A DNA stretch of 62,882 nt, counting the filler, from Kipferlia bialata (taxonomy: Eukaryota), in assembly GCA_003568945.1 (NCBI GenBank). It is 4 parts of 4 records of this genome, joined end to end, with 100 filler letters (N's around TTAATTAATTAA, not from the genome) between each part and the next. Parts side by side here need not be neighbours in the genome. Positions count along the whole stretch, not along the records: positions 22,316 to 44,519 come from BDIP01000303.1; 3 more parts are not named here. One strand, given 5' to 3'. Shown in pieces: positions 27,013 to 38,654 of the stretch. The number at the start of each line of letters is the position of its first letter. Position 1 is the stretch's first letter. The notes below the pieces were generated by a model that made no database searches, was not told the DNA's origin, and saw nothing but the letters and a program-made list of their open reading frames with translations. The translations under genes and the position numbers were made by a program.

Positions 27013-29035
27013 AAGATAGAGAGAGTATATCAGCATGGCCCAGCCAATGCCAACCATTGTAGGGACAACCTGATGTTAATACATTAATATACTGCTATAT
27101 ACAAATATATATAGAAAGAGAGAGAGAGAGAGAGAGCATGGCCCAGCCAATGCCAACCATGGTGGGGACGACCTGATGTTAATACATACATATCCTGATA
27201 TGTATATATATATAGAGAGAGAGAGAGAGAGTCAATCATCATGGCCCAGCCAATGCCAATGGTGGGAACAACCTAGGGTAAGAGTGTATATAGAAAGACA
27301 AAGAGAGAGTATATATATCAGCATGCCGCTTGGAACCATGCATATATGTAGAGGAAAGACTATCTACACCAGTGTATATATGTACTTATAGATGTATACA
27401 TCTAAATATATATATATATATATATAAGACTCTAACCCATACCTCTCCAGTATCTGGATCGACCATGTCACTTGGGAACAGGGATATGACAGCACCCCCT
27501 AGGAGGGGACCCGTGAACAGAGAGGACTGGGGTGAGGTACACACAAATACACTGATACACTGATACACTGAAATAGTCAACAACAACAGACACATCCACA
27601 TGGGAATATATATATATATCACTCATACTCTTGTAGCTAGTGATGACGCAGCATTGGCAGCCTGCAGGATACTAATAGTATTCATATATATATATATACA
27701 ACACTTACCCTTGTTGCAAGGGACGCAGCAGCATTGGCAGCCTGCAGGTACTGGGAGTAGTCCTTCCTGCCACTATCTCTCTCTCTCTCTCCCTCTCCCT
27801 CTGTCTCTGTCTCTGTCTCTCCCTTTGTCTCTGTCTCTGGCTTTGCCCCAGGGGCGTTACCTATGGGTAAGACAGAGTACACATACACATAGATTGCGTA
27901 TATATCACTTCATATACTGACGTACCGTTAGACATGATGAGGGGTATCATGGCCATGTGGGCTGGGAAGTAGAGGGCGTCTGTGACCTGGGTGTCAGAGA
28001 GAGGAAGAGGGAGAGAGGGGAGATACAGTACCCCAAATGACACACTCACAAGGATAGTATTGAGAACTGAGAATTGATGTGAATGCCAATATGTGAATAT
28101 ATTAGCAGATATCATCAAATAGAGACACCATAAGGGATACTAATACCGTGCCCCAAATAGCACACTGACGATGACCAGCTGTAACTGATACTGATACATA
28201 TGGATACATAAGTATGGATACATATATATACATACGATATATACATATACATATATGTATACATTCCGTACCCCGAATAGGACACTGATGATGACCAGCT
28301 GCCATATCTCCACTGTGCCAAAGAGGATGAGGAGGGAGAGGGCTGAGGGATTAGGTTGAGTATGGAATACTCATTAAGTATATATATATATGTGTGTATA
28401 TATATACCATATCTCCACTGTGCCAAGGAGGATGAGGAGGGAGAGGGCTGGGTTAGTTAGTTGAGTAACTCTATACTCTATACACAAATCTCCATCAAGT
28501 ATATACCATATACAAATATATATATATGTATATGGATGAGTGTGAATAGGGATGGGTTAGTATAATCAGAAGTTCACGAAATATTTATATATATATACAT
28601 ATATAGTGGGCAGTGCGTCTTACCTATGACAACTGATCCCTTGAAGACTGATGCCCCCAGCACGGCCCACTTGATGTCAGGCAGCCTGGTGTTAGTACAT
28701 ATATATATATATATATATAACAAATCAGTATATATGTATGGCTGCTATGTATATGGATATCTATGATGCCCCGAGCCCACTTGATGTCATGAAGCCGGGT
28801 ATCAGTTGAATGTACCTGTCCACCAAGCTCCTCCCATACAGCATACATATTAAATCAATATTTATATATATATATATATATATGTTCAATTCATTACATA
28901 CCGCTAAGCTATCAATAATGCGTTGTTACATGCGTTGTACCTATCAACCAGGCTACCACCATACAGCATCAGCAGCCCCCTGGGTAGAGACGAGGACAGC
29001 AGTAACATGCCCAGGACAGTGCCAGAGTCAGTGAG
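24479..29035 (-). CDS. Major facilitator superfamily transporter, DHA3/MFS_3-like, about 14 exons; N-terminus missing
   Basis: Spliced in frame: LTDSGTVLGMLLLSSSLPRGLLMLYGGSLVDR|LPDIKWAVL..|..IISVLFG|VTDALYFPAHMAMIP..|SSLFTGPLLGGAVI..|..AMLIDALTF..|..FFQSMAPPGAMGQVMG|..EPVSYAVTG; MFS motif A-like GGSLVDR; TAG 24479-24481. Confidence 0.9.
26748..27280 (-). repeat. Intronic tandem copies of an acceptor plus exon start (VVPTMxGIGWAML)
   Basis: Real exon starts 26784; copies start 26952, 27069, 27172 and 27272, each running into (CT)n; one further partial copy abuts the N gap. Confidence 0.9.
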
Positions 29036-29120
29036 CTGGAGTGAGTCTGTAGAACATATATATATTGACGTGGAAGTCCAGTTCACATAGGTGGTATTGA
29101 AGTAAAGGGTATATACCTGG

Positions 29121-29168
<48 letters not shown>

Positions 29169-29273
29169 GACAGGAGGAGCATGCCTAGGACAGTGCCAGA
29201 GTCAGTGAGCTGTAATAAGTATTGTATAGTATATATATGAAGAGAAAGAGCGGGGGGGGGGGGGGGAGAGCAA

Positions 29274-29317
<44 letters not shown>

Positions 29318-29318
29318 C

Positions 29319-29720
29319 GTACTCTAGCTTCATCCCTAGGGCCTCGACTTCAAGGGTGGGGATCTCCCCCTCTGCTAGCTTGTTGAACCCCTGGTGTGAG
29401 TACTGGATCCCCGGTGAGATATATTTGTCTCAATGACTGGTGCTATTCATATAAATATATTCATAAGTAAAGCTGCCACTGAGATATAGAATGGCAGCTC
29501 CCAGAGTCACCGCTTCGAACTTACTCCGCATCCTGTCTGAGACTAAGTCCCTATAGACAGAGAGAAGGATCACTAACTGGTGTGGGAACCCTACCTCCAT
29601 AGAGAATACTGTAATGACTCCGACATCCAAGGGGTTGGGCTCTCCCCCTGGAGGACACTCCGCACACACCATGTGGATCAGCACAGTGACAACAAAGAGC
29701 ACAGCCGCACAGATGCGCAT
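29319..29720 (-). CDS. 5' fragment of a signal-peptide protein, cut off at a poly-G run
   Basis: MRICAAVLFVVTVLIHMVCA|ECPPGGEPNPLDVGVITVFSME with donor GTAGGG, next exon after ctcacaccag (GFNKLAEGEIPTLEVEALGMKL). Confidence 0.45.
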
Positions 29721-29834
29721 ACTGGCGTGGCACTGATAGAAGAGAGGCTGGATTTGAGAATAAGCATTTTTGTCTACTAGGTGATCTACACCCCTATGGC
29801 AAACTCATTTGTTGACCACCAGTCACTTCATCTA

Positions 29835-32800
29835 TTACTTTCCCCTGAGCCTTCTGCGCCAGGTGTCTCTGTTCTTGAGGGCCTTTGACAAGGTGGTCTC
29901 TCCCATACTAGCCGCAGCGTGCATCCCCAGCCTGTTACACTGCGTCACCAACAGGCGTAGGAGGGGTATAACCTGGGGAGAATGAACAGACTCAAAAGGG
30001 TAGGACACCAACTCTGTCACAAACTCTACTATATAAGAGTCGTTACCTTGCAGTCCAAGTGAGCAACTTGGCACACGCACAGGGTCTTCTCAGCCTGGGG
30101 TCCATCGCCACTGCGTTTCGAGGGTACCAGTAGACCAGCGTGTGCCTCCCTATAGCCAGACATGAGCTGCTCCCGTAGGTACTGTCTTCCAAACCTCTCT
30201 GCCACTGACCACTTCCGACTGGCATTCCCAACTGATCCCAGTAGGTAGATGGACCTGGCTAGCACTACTTGGACCTCACCTGTACTGTTAGTGGCTGACA
30301 TTGCTCAGACAGAAATGATATGCCTTGTGCAGTTACTGCACAAGGCATATCATTTCTGTCTAATCTACTGCACTGCAGTAGATTATCTACTATAATCACT
30401 CTACATATATCTTGTGTGTGCTTGTCAGACCTATGTTATCTGTAGGTACCGCAAGTGCCGAGGGTAGAATCAGCTGGGCTTTCAGATGACACAGTTGGGG
30501 TCGCACCACACCCAGTCGACCTAGTTCATCAAGGATATCGGTGGAGTTGCCCTCTACCATTAGATCCCTGATGAATCCCCTGTACACCGGGGTACAGGAG
30601 AAAACATGAGCCTTAGACAGTACCACTGAGGCCAGGTATGAGGCCTGTTGTTTGTGTGAGGTGTGAGATATGGTGCTGTAACTTGCTAACCTGAGTCTGT
30701 ATTGGGCCCTTGGTACCGTGTAGAACTGTGATCGTGTTAGCGGTACCCTTTAGATAGCCTGTGCTGTACCCGGGATGATCCATATTGGTAGCACAGGTAG
30801 CAAGCATGATGAGAAGCTGAAGTGTCGGCGGGAGCAACACTTTGCCTGGAAGACTCTCTCTGATGTATGTGGAGACTGTTACTACTGTCTGCAGGGCATC
30901 CAAGGTGAGTACACTATTGTGGAACGGATTGTCACGGTGTAACCTGTTGTCATGAATTAGAGACGCATGCAGCGGTGTTACGGTAGCCCCCTACCTGTAC
31001 ATACTGAACAGCACTTGGGTAAGGTGACGGGCCCCTATTGGCATGGCAAAGAGGGTATTGTGCGCCAGGGTTCCATGTGTGTGGAGGAACAGCCATCCAA
31101 AGGCAAATGCCCCAAACTGTGCTGTGAAGGTGTGGGCGTCAAAGGCCGGGTTGGTCACGGCACGATCCAGCATGTTGTGCGCTAGCCAGTTGCCTGCATT
31201 AGAGTGAGGGGAACAGGTGACACAGTGTTCACCCAGGAGGATGGGCGATAAAGATCTGGTTGTATTACATATCACAGTCTGTAAGTGATATTGTCACAGT
31301 GTCATACTGTGCCTGATGGACTGCTGAGTTATCGGATCTGATGATACAAATAGTACCTTCGAGGGTTTCCCAGGTGGACATTAATGAATTGACGCAGGCA
31401 CCACACGTATTCAAGCAAGTTCTGATATCCAGTAATCCAATTGGTAGCTTCGGAGGGTCATCTTGAACCGGTCCATCTGCTTTGGGGAGAAAGTATGACG
31501 CTGGGTCTTTCTTACACATCCAAGGGGAGAACTGCAGGGAGTTGGGAACCATCTGAGACCCTTTTCGCCTTAGACCATGCCTGCTAATGCCCTTCGAATC
31601 GACAAATGATCGCTGGTGCCCTGACACTATAGACTCCAAAGTGCTGGTGGCTTGGATATGTGAAGGCAGTCTCTCTACATACCCAGCAATAAGCGCAGGT
31701 TGGCCATCCTCTGTGCGTCGGACAACAGAGCTAGAGTCAGTGATGCTTACTCGGTCTCATCGTACCAGTCCACGTAGTAGAGAAGTGCAATCTGAATAAC
31801 CACATAATACACACATCAATGATATCATTTGACACCCACCCAGTGTCTCTCATCCAGTAGTAGTTTCCCTTGGGCATACGCTGTCCGTAGCAAACCTGGT
31901 AGGGTTTACGATCCATTTGGACGTCCTCCAGTGCTGTGAATACCTAGATGTGAGGTCTACAAGTGTAACGCTATCACGATTTCCAGACCCTTTAATATGA
32001 CTGCGGTCCAGGATATTGTGGCCTAGCGTGAGCAACAGATACTAGTAGAAGGCATACCCTAGGTGTGTCACGGTGCCTAATATGGGCAGGAAAAGAGCAC
32101 AGCTCCTCTCTCTCTGCAGCATCCCCTCGAATCTCACAGAGCTCTAACCAACTCCGGTACACATATGTGCGGCTGTTTTGGACTCCGCCTTGAATTGAGT
32201 GGTTAGTGAGCCAACATAACTACTATAAGGTTGGGCATACAACCGTACCTCTTGCAAGATTGTACATCCAGCTTCTACAGAGTGGTCGACAGTTGTCTGC
32301 TGCAAAGAGACCTCTCCTCGCAGTCCTTGGGGGCACAGCCACTTGTACCTTCCTGTACTCGCCGTCCTTGGGTCTGCGCTCCTCCTCAGCAGGGGCCTGG
32401 GTGTTAGGGAGAGGGTACTAGGGAATGAATACACCGTAGTATCCCCAATAGAGACCCATTCTATCTTACTATGCTGGGCCTCACCTGCCAGTCTCCGACT
32501 ACGCACTGCACCAAGGACTGTCCCTCGACCATGACCAGTTCTGCTGTGGCAGTATCCACAGAGGCCGTTTCCCCATATGCATCTCCGGCAACAGAGAGCA
32601 TCTCTATGCTGGCAGACCCGGGGCAGACTTCACACTGGTTGCCATGACCCCTATGCCGTTGGGGCACCAGATGACCTTGGCGGTGGGTGTACAACCACCC
32701 GCTTGCTACAGATTGGGATAGCCTTCGCATGTGCTCCTGAATGGGTAGAAACACGGGTTCAGACCGAAGATCCTGAAATTAGGGTCAAGGATGTGTAATC

Positions 32801-33790
32801 AGGCATACGAGTAAGTGCTCATGAACCCACATGGGTGAACTAGCAGACACAAGTGGCGACTGTCACCTGTAGTAGTGCCACAAGGTCATCAGCTGCCGTA
32901 CAAATAGCTGCTGTCTCTGAGTAGAGAGGTGTCTGCCGAAGGAGGGACTGAACCGGAAGTATAGTGAGAATGCGATCCAACAGATCCTCTGACCCCTTTC
33001 CACTTCTTTGTACGGTTCGGCAACGCCACCATATCCAGCAGGAATCAAGCATTGAAACTGGTGATCCCGTCAAGCCAGATGCCGCATGGTGTTTGTGTTG
33101 GGGTGTTCTGGCGCAGACTGACGACAACAGATGTATACACATTCTGGAAAGGTAATCATCACATATGTCCGAACTCCTCTTGGAGAGGGCCACTCCATGT
33201 GAATGGGACTCTTCGCCGTGTGACGTTGGAACCACTAGTCTAGGCACACCAATAGTAGTGCCTCTGATTTCAAGGACCCTCTGGTATATTTCACACACAG
33301 CTGATTCCCGGTGTGTGTCGTGTTCTAGCTTGTGAGTCTTGGCGACACTTCTGAGTCTCATGTACCTAGAACACTCCCTAAGCAGCAGGTGCCAAGGGGT
33401 ACCACTCACTGCTTTGATGCTATCATTTGATGGATCCCAGAGACTGGCCAGTCTAGCGACAGGTGCACAGACATACACTGGAGCACTCAACAGAGTGATA
33501 TAGTAGACCAACACACAAGGAATCAGGTATTGGGGTGCAAAGGGGCGAACGGTGAAGATCGCTCCTGAAATGGCAGTGATCCCCATGGTCAGCCAAGAGA
33601 GTATGGCGATTGGGTGACTCTGATGTCTGGATGGGGTAAGGATATCCCTCAGGTGTAGCATGAAAGCACCTGCCAGCAACACCCATTGCAGAACACTAGC
33701 AACTGCACTGTCAGCACGGATCAAGACCAACAATGTGGTCAGAACTACAAATGTCATAGTAGAAAGCCATTGTCCGACCCCGGCCCACAT
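29835..33790 (-). CDS. One or more hypothetical genes; N-terminal part has about four hydrophobic segments
   Basis: 316-aa ORF 32840-33790 followed by a chain of same-strand ORFs down to 29835; exon structure not resolved. Confidence 0.4.
30307..30385. repeat. Two abutting perfect palindromes (27-bp and 12-bp arms, 1-nt spacers)
   Basis: AGACAGAAATGATATGCCTTGTGCAGT-T-ACTGCACAAGGCATATCATTTCTGTCT (30307-30361) and TAATCTACTGCA-C-TGCAGTAGATTA (30361-30385). Confidence 0.95.
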
Positions 33791-34513
33791 ATACTCACGG
33801 CAAGACTAGTGTTGGACTTCTTTCCAACTAAGCACTAAAGGGGCCCACCCAAACGGTCTCACAGATGTAATTGCAAGGATGAGGACACGCGGTTCTTGAT
33901 GGTTAACACAACGAAAGGGCAGCAGTTGTGCCTCTTCACCAGGAAACCGTTAGAGTGCAGAAAGAGAGGGAGTTCGACACACAGGTATCTATGAGTGTAT
34001 ACACTCATCTTACAGTAGATGGTATCAACCTGTGAGTGACAGATACCAACCACACTTACTGTCATTCTACAGTAAGTAGGGATGTCAGAATCAGACAGAC
34101 TGATTCCTATAGTGCAGGCAGGTCAAGCGGGACCAGCTTTGTTTCCCCATATACCTCTTCACCTTCTCGAGATATCAGCCCATATCCATACTCTACAGTG
34201 GGGAGGCCCCCCTGTACTGTTGGTACCTACAGTCACTCCAGACATGCCATAGAGCCTTTATGTCCCATAGAGTGTGGAGGAAGGGAGGAGAGACTGAGTG
34301 ATAGCCGATGTGAATGGCAATACTGTTGTGACAATAGCCACCCCATAAGAGAGCCGTTGGGTCCACACATAGTGTCTCTTTGTATGTATATGTCTCTCAG
34401 TTTCACCACGTCATAACATACTCACGAATGTACAAGTAATCGATGTCACTAGCAAGGTGTTGGCATTGAAGCACACAATCTATTATACACTCTGTAAATA
34501 CTCCTATCTACAC

Positions 34514-36960
34514 TCATACACTCGTCACAACCTTGGAGATACGTCCTAGACATGTCATACATTGGATCACTATGAGGACAGATACCGCACAATCTACCTT
34601 GTCCCCTTCTCGAAACACTGGTTGATCATTGTGACCCTCTCCCCCTCTCACCCTTTCCCTCGTTCTCTCTAGTAGAATGCCTGATCGGCCTGGCTGGGGG
34701 GTATGTAGGCTGGGCCAGGGTTGGAGGAGGCTGGGGGTCAGAGAGTGGAAGTGGTAAGATTGGGACCCCATATACACAACAGCGATACTGATACTGATAC
34801 TGATACCGGCTAGCACATAGTGAAAAGTACTCCACCCACCGTTCTGTCCATATTGGTCTGGCTGTGCAGGTGCTCCATAGGCAGAGTACACACCTTGTGG
34901 TAGTAAGTCACTTAGATACACAGAGAGAGATGGAGACTGAGACTTCGAGACCAGGTGGTACTAAGTAGTACTAAGTAGTACTAAGCAGTGCTAAGTAGTA
35001 CTAAGTGGCACTAAGTAGTACTACGTAGTACTAACCAGTACTAACCTGGGGCAGGGGCAGGGGGAGCTCCAGCTCCATATCCAGGTGCCCCATAGGGTCC
35101 AGTCTGGGCTGAAGGTGAGAGTCGAGTTTAAGCAGAAAGACGGAGGAATGGGTCTAATGCCATAGAGAGGGTAGTCAATATAGAGGAGTACTTGATGGCG
35201 GCCTATCACCAAGGTGAAGAGAAGTAGACAACTAGCATTGGTGAACTATATACTCACTCCCCACCTGGGTTCTGGGGGGCATGTGCATAGGAGGGCTGGC
35301 CATAGGGGGCTGGAGAGTGAGGCAAAAAGTGAGACAATGATAGTGGATGTCACCCGGATGAGTATGTCCGGCTAACCTGGTGCTGTCTGTGCCGGTGGGT
35401 ACTGAGGGGACTGGGTGGATACAGGCCCAGGGGCCGGGGCAGGGGAGGGTGTGTATGCTGCCACTGTCTGCTGGGCCATGGTGGTCAAGGGGTTGGAGGT
35501 CTGGTGTGAGAGGGATGGATAGACGGAGAGAGATACTCGTGTGGGACTGACCTCGCCGTGTCCCCTGTTGGCTAGCCCCCCTGAGACTGCCCCTACCCCT
35601 GCACCCACCACAGCACCCAGGGCAGCAGCCTTGGCAGCCTTGGTGGCAGTCATCTTGATGCACCCTCGGGGTCAGGGGTAGAGAGAGAGGAAGAGAGTGC
35701 GCAAGTTGATAGTACCTAAGATACCCCATGCGATGAATATGGGCACAAGGCAGAAGCATGCAATGCCCCCTATCTTCTGGTACCCACCTAGGGTCAAAGT
35801 CGGTAGGACTCCAATATCATATGTCATCACACCAGTATATATGACACCCTAAACCGTGTCATTAGTGCAGACACACATGAATATCATCACACACCATACG
35901 AGCAGGCGTTCTCCTTCTGGGTGGGGGTAACTGCAGACACAGAATCCTAAGGGTCAGAATACGTTGAAGGAGAGGAGAGTTTGAGGATACATTTGCTATG
36001 ACACACCCACGCACTATTCTCTCAATAGAATCCTCTGATCATCATGCACATATACATATACACATCCCACTCACACTGTAGAAGCTGCACATGTCCCTGG
36101 CCATGTCAGCCAGTATGTACATGGAGACAGGGGAGTCTGGGGTGGGGGGAGGGGGGGAAGTGTATGTATAGTGTGGATACAGATATATATACATAGAGAG
36201 AGAGAGAGAGAGAGAGCGTAGGAGGAAGAGATAGCAGTCTGACACCATTGACTGGATATGTATACACACACTCCCGTACCCACAGTGAACTGACCACAGT
36301 ATGTGTTGTGGGTGTTGTAGCTGGAGGAGGTGGCGCCGATGAGGGAGCTGGAGGCATAGTAGTAGTCGCTGAGGGTAGAGAGAGAGAGAGGGAGAGGCGG
36401 AAAGGCGGAGAGACAAAACAGATACGTACGCAAATGTCTGGATGCCGGACTTGAGACACACGTCGCATCTGTAGGTCTGAGAGTCAGCAGACCCCGAAGA
36501 CTGCATGTTCTTGAGTGAGGGGGGAGGGGTAAGAGAGAGAAGAAGAAGAGAGGGAAAGAATAGGAAGAGAGAGAAGGGGGGAGGGGGGGAGTTGGCTCAA
36601 GGAAGAAAGCCTGAGAATGATATAGGTGCAACAGTGTGAACACTGAGAGATAGAGACAAGAGACACATAGTGACTTAGCTACCTTAGAGTCGACTATGAG
36701 TGTGGCCGGGGTGGAGTAGTTGCAGATGTTCTCACTCGTGCCGCTCAGCCATATCAGTGCGGCACCACCAAGACCAGCGAAGACAGCCACGACAATGCCT
36801 GGGGGGAGACCGGGGGGGGGGGGGGGGGGGGGGCCAAAGACTTGACAGAGATTTCTGAATGGGGAGGGGGGGGGGGGGTTACTATCCACACACTAAGTGG
36901 TAGTGATGAAGGACTTAGGAGGTGGATCCATATATATATATATATATATATGGAGGCCAT
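34514..36960 (-). CDS. Membrane protein with Cys-containing segment and Pro/Tyr/Gly/Gln-rich tail, many small exons (both ends uncertain)
   Basis: Exons GIVVAVFAGLGGAALIWL..NIC, YRCDVC, YCGQF, AALGAVVGAGVGAVSGG, APYGQPSY, GPYGAPGYG, each flanked by canonical splice sites. Confidence 0.6.
34958..35045. repeat. 10-bp minisatellite (GTACTAAGTA)n, about 9 units, at an intron 5' end
   Basis: ctaagtagta ctaagtagta ctaagcagtg ... ctaaccagta ctaac directly adjoining the minus-strand donor G|GTTAGT. Confidence 0.9.
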
Positions 36961-37344
36961 GACGGTGGACCTAGAGGAGAGAACGGCACGTGATCTACAG
37001 AACGGTTAAGATCATAGGTTAGACCAGGTGTAGGACATCTGTTCTCTTCGGAAGAGTCTCTTCCTACCTGCCACCAGACAGCCACATGGGGTGTTCTCCT
37101 GTCTCTTTCTGTGGTGTCTAACCATACTCCACTCCTGCTCTTGTAAGAAGGCTGAGAAGACTGACCACAGCTCTCTTCCGACGAGATCCATTTCACATTC
37201 TGTGTGCCTATTCTTAGGTTGCAATTTCTATTTTTAGGCCAGAGCAGATTCAATCCTATACCTATATACACTCTACTCAACTGATACCCCTTCAAAAGAG
37301 CCCTACATGTAGATTATTCACCACATACTTGGTACGTTCCAATG

Positions 37345-37860
37345 TTAAGTCCCTGTGTCCCCACCCAGCCTAGTGTGCCATGAATGTAGGCCCCATGACA
37401 ATATATGTAGATGTGCGCTATGTTTGAGAGTCACTCTGACTAACAGGGTGCAAAGGCTGAGCAGTACAGTGGACAGAATGCTGTCACCCGGTTTGGGCAA
37501 GGGCACAATAGGGGAACTATGCCACACGACAGTGTCGTGACGACACACAGTCCCTCACCCAGCACTCAGGGGGACCAGTCTCACCCTGGGGGGCACCCAC
37601 AAAGCGGCCCATATTGGGCACTTGGGGTATCACGAGCTGATACTGGCCGTACCGCTGTACATACAAGAGTGTGCGGTTGAATCTGTCTAGGGGGTGGTGG
37701 TGCATAGGCTCGGGTGGTCTCTGTCAGCTGTCCACCTGCCATGCCTGTAGAATCTATAGGCTATGGCATGATATACACCTCATTGGTAGCCGGACCACTC
37801 CAGGTGTCCTCACCGAGGAAGACCACCTGTTGTGGTACCAAACATCGATTGGTTGAGTGT
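37345..37860 (-). pseudogene. Possible degraded Kelch-like family fragment
   Basis: Frame-split motifs YGQYQLVI and HDTVVW..STVLLSLCTLLV resemble the C-terminal blade of the 22327-24227 protein. Confidence 0.3.
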
Positions 37861-38241
37861 GTGTGGACAGTCTAGTGCTTGTACTGCAGTGCAGCCTGCA
37901 CCCTTTTGATCGGCGTGTAGATACTTATAGTGTACGTTACATACACCCCAGGATAGTTACCATCTCTGACAGGGACCGTTAGTGGTGAGGCTGACTCTAG
38001 GTGACAGTCAGAGCTCTACTAGGCGTTGCAACCACAACACCCAACACCAATAGATGGTCTCTTATGTGATGGTATGAGCCTACCCTCTGCTGTGATGCCC
38101 TCAGTCCTAACTTCGCACGTCTTGCTCATCTGTGTCACTTCTCTGCACGTATTGACATGCGTGGGTCGTCTCTAGTCCTTACACTGCTCTGCCTTCTAAG
38201 TGTGGTTATATGCACCACCGCGGTATCAGGGCAGAGGAGGA

Positions 38242-38654
38242 GGATTGTGTCTGGGGAGTGGGAGGACGGCACTCCAATCGAGAGACAGGCAGCAGGTGGG
38301 ATGTGTTAAGTGTATCCGCTCAATGCTAGTAAGGGGCGCCCCTCGGTGTGTCTCTGATCACACCACAGTAGTCAATGACTGTTCACATCTATGTGACCGT
38401 GACACCAGGCATAGTGTCCGGAGAATGGGAGGACGGCACCCCAATTGCCAGGCAATCAACAGGTATAGGATACAAACATTGTCACATTGACTACATGAGA
38501 AATGATACAGTGCCTTATGTCATTAGAATTATGGTGTCACGCGTCCCTAGTATCCCTATATGAGTGCAATCTACTAGCCTCTATCTTCTTCCCATAACAG
38601 GCATAGTGTCTGGGGAATGGGAGGACGGGACTCCAATTGCCAGGGTGTCTGCAG
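38242..38654 (+). repeat. Three tandem 54-nt exon-like units encoding (G/R)IVSGEWEDGTPI
   Basis: Units 38242-38295, 38409-38462 and 38601-38654; each ends at G|GT; units 2 and 3 are preceded by an acceptor; phase 1-1. Confidence 0.85.

Noticed and set aside
26748..27280. Repeat-spacer arrays here and at 61698-62100 as CRISPR-like
   Set aside because: Repeats are exon fragments with splice sites, spacers are microsatellite-rich and similar to each other, no cas genes, eukaryotic context.
29252..29317. Fusion of the signal-peptide gene (29720) to the MFS gene, or a G-quadruplex element
   Set aside because: The join runs through a long poly-G tract, both genes look truncated there and exon phases do not obviously match; misjoin or lost sequence is more likely.
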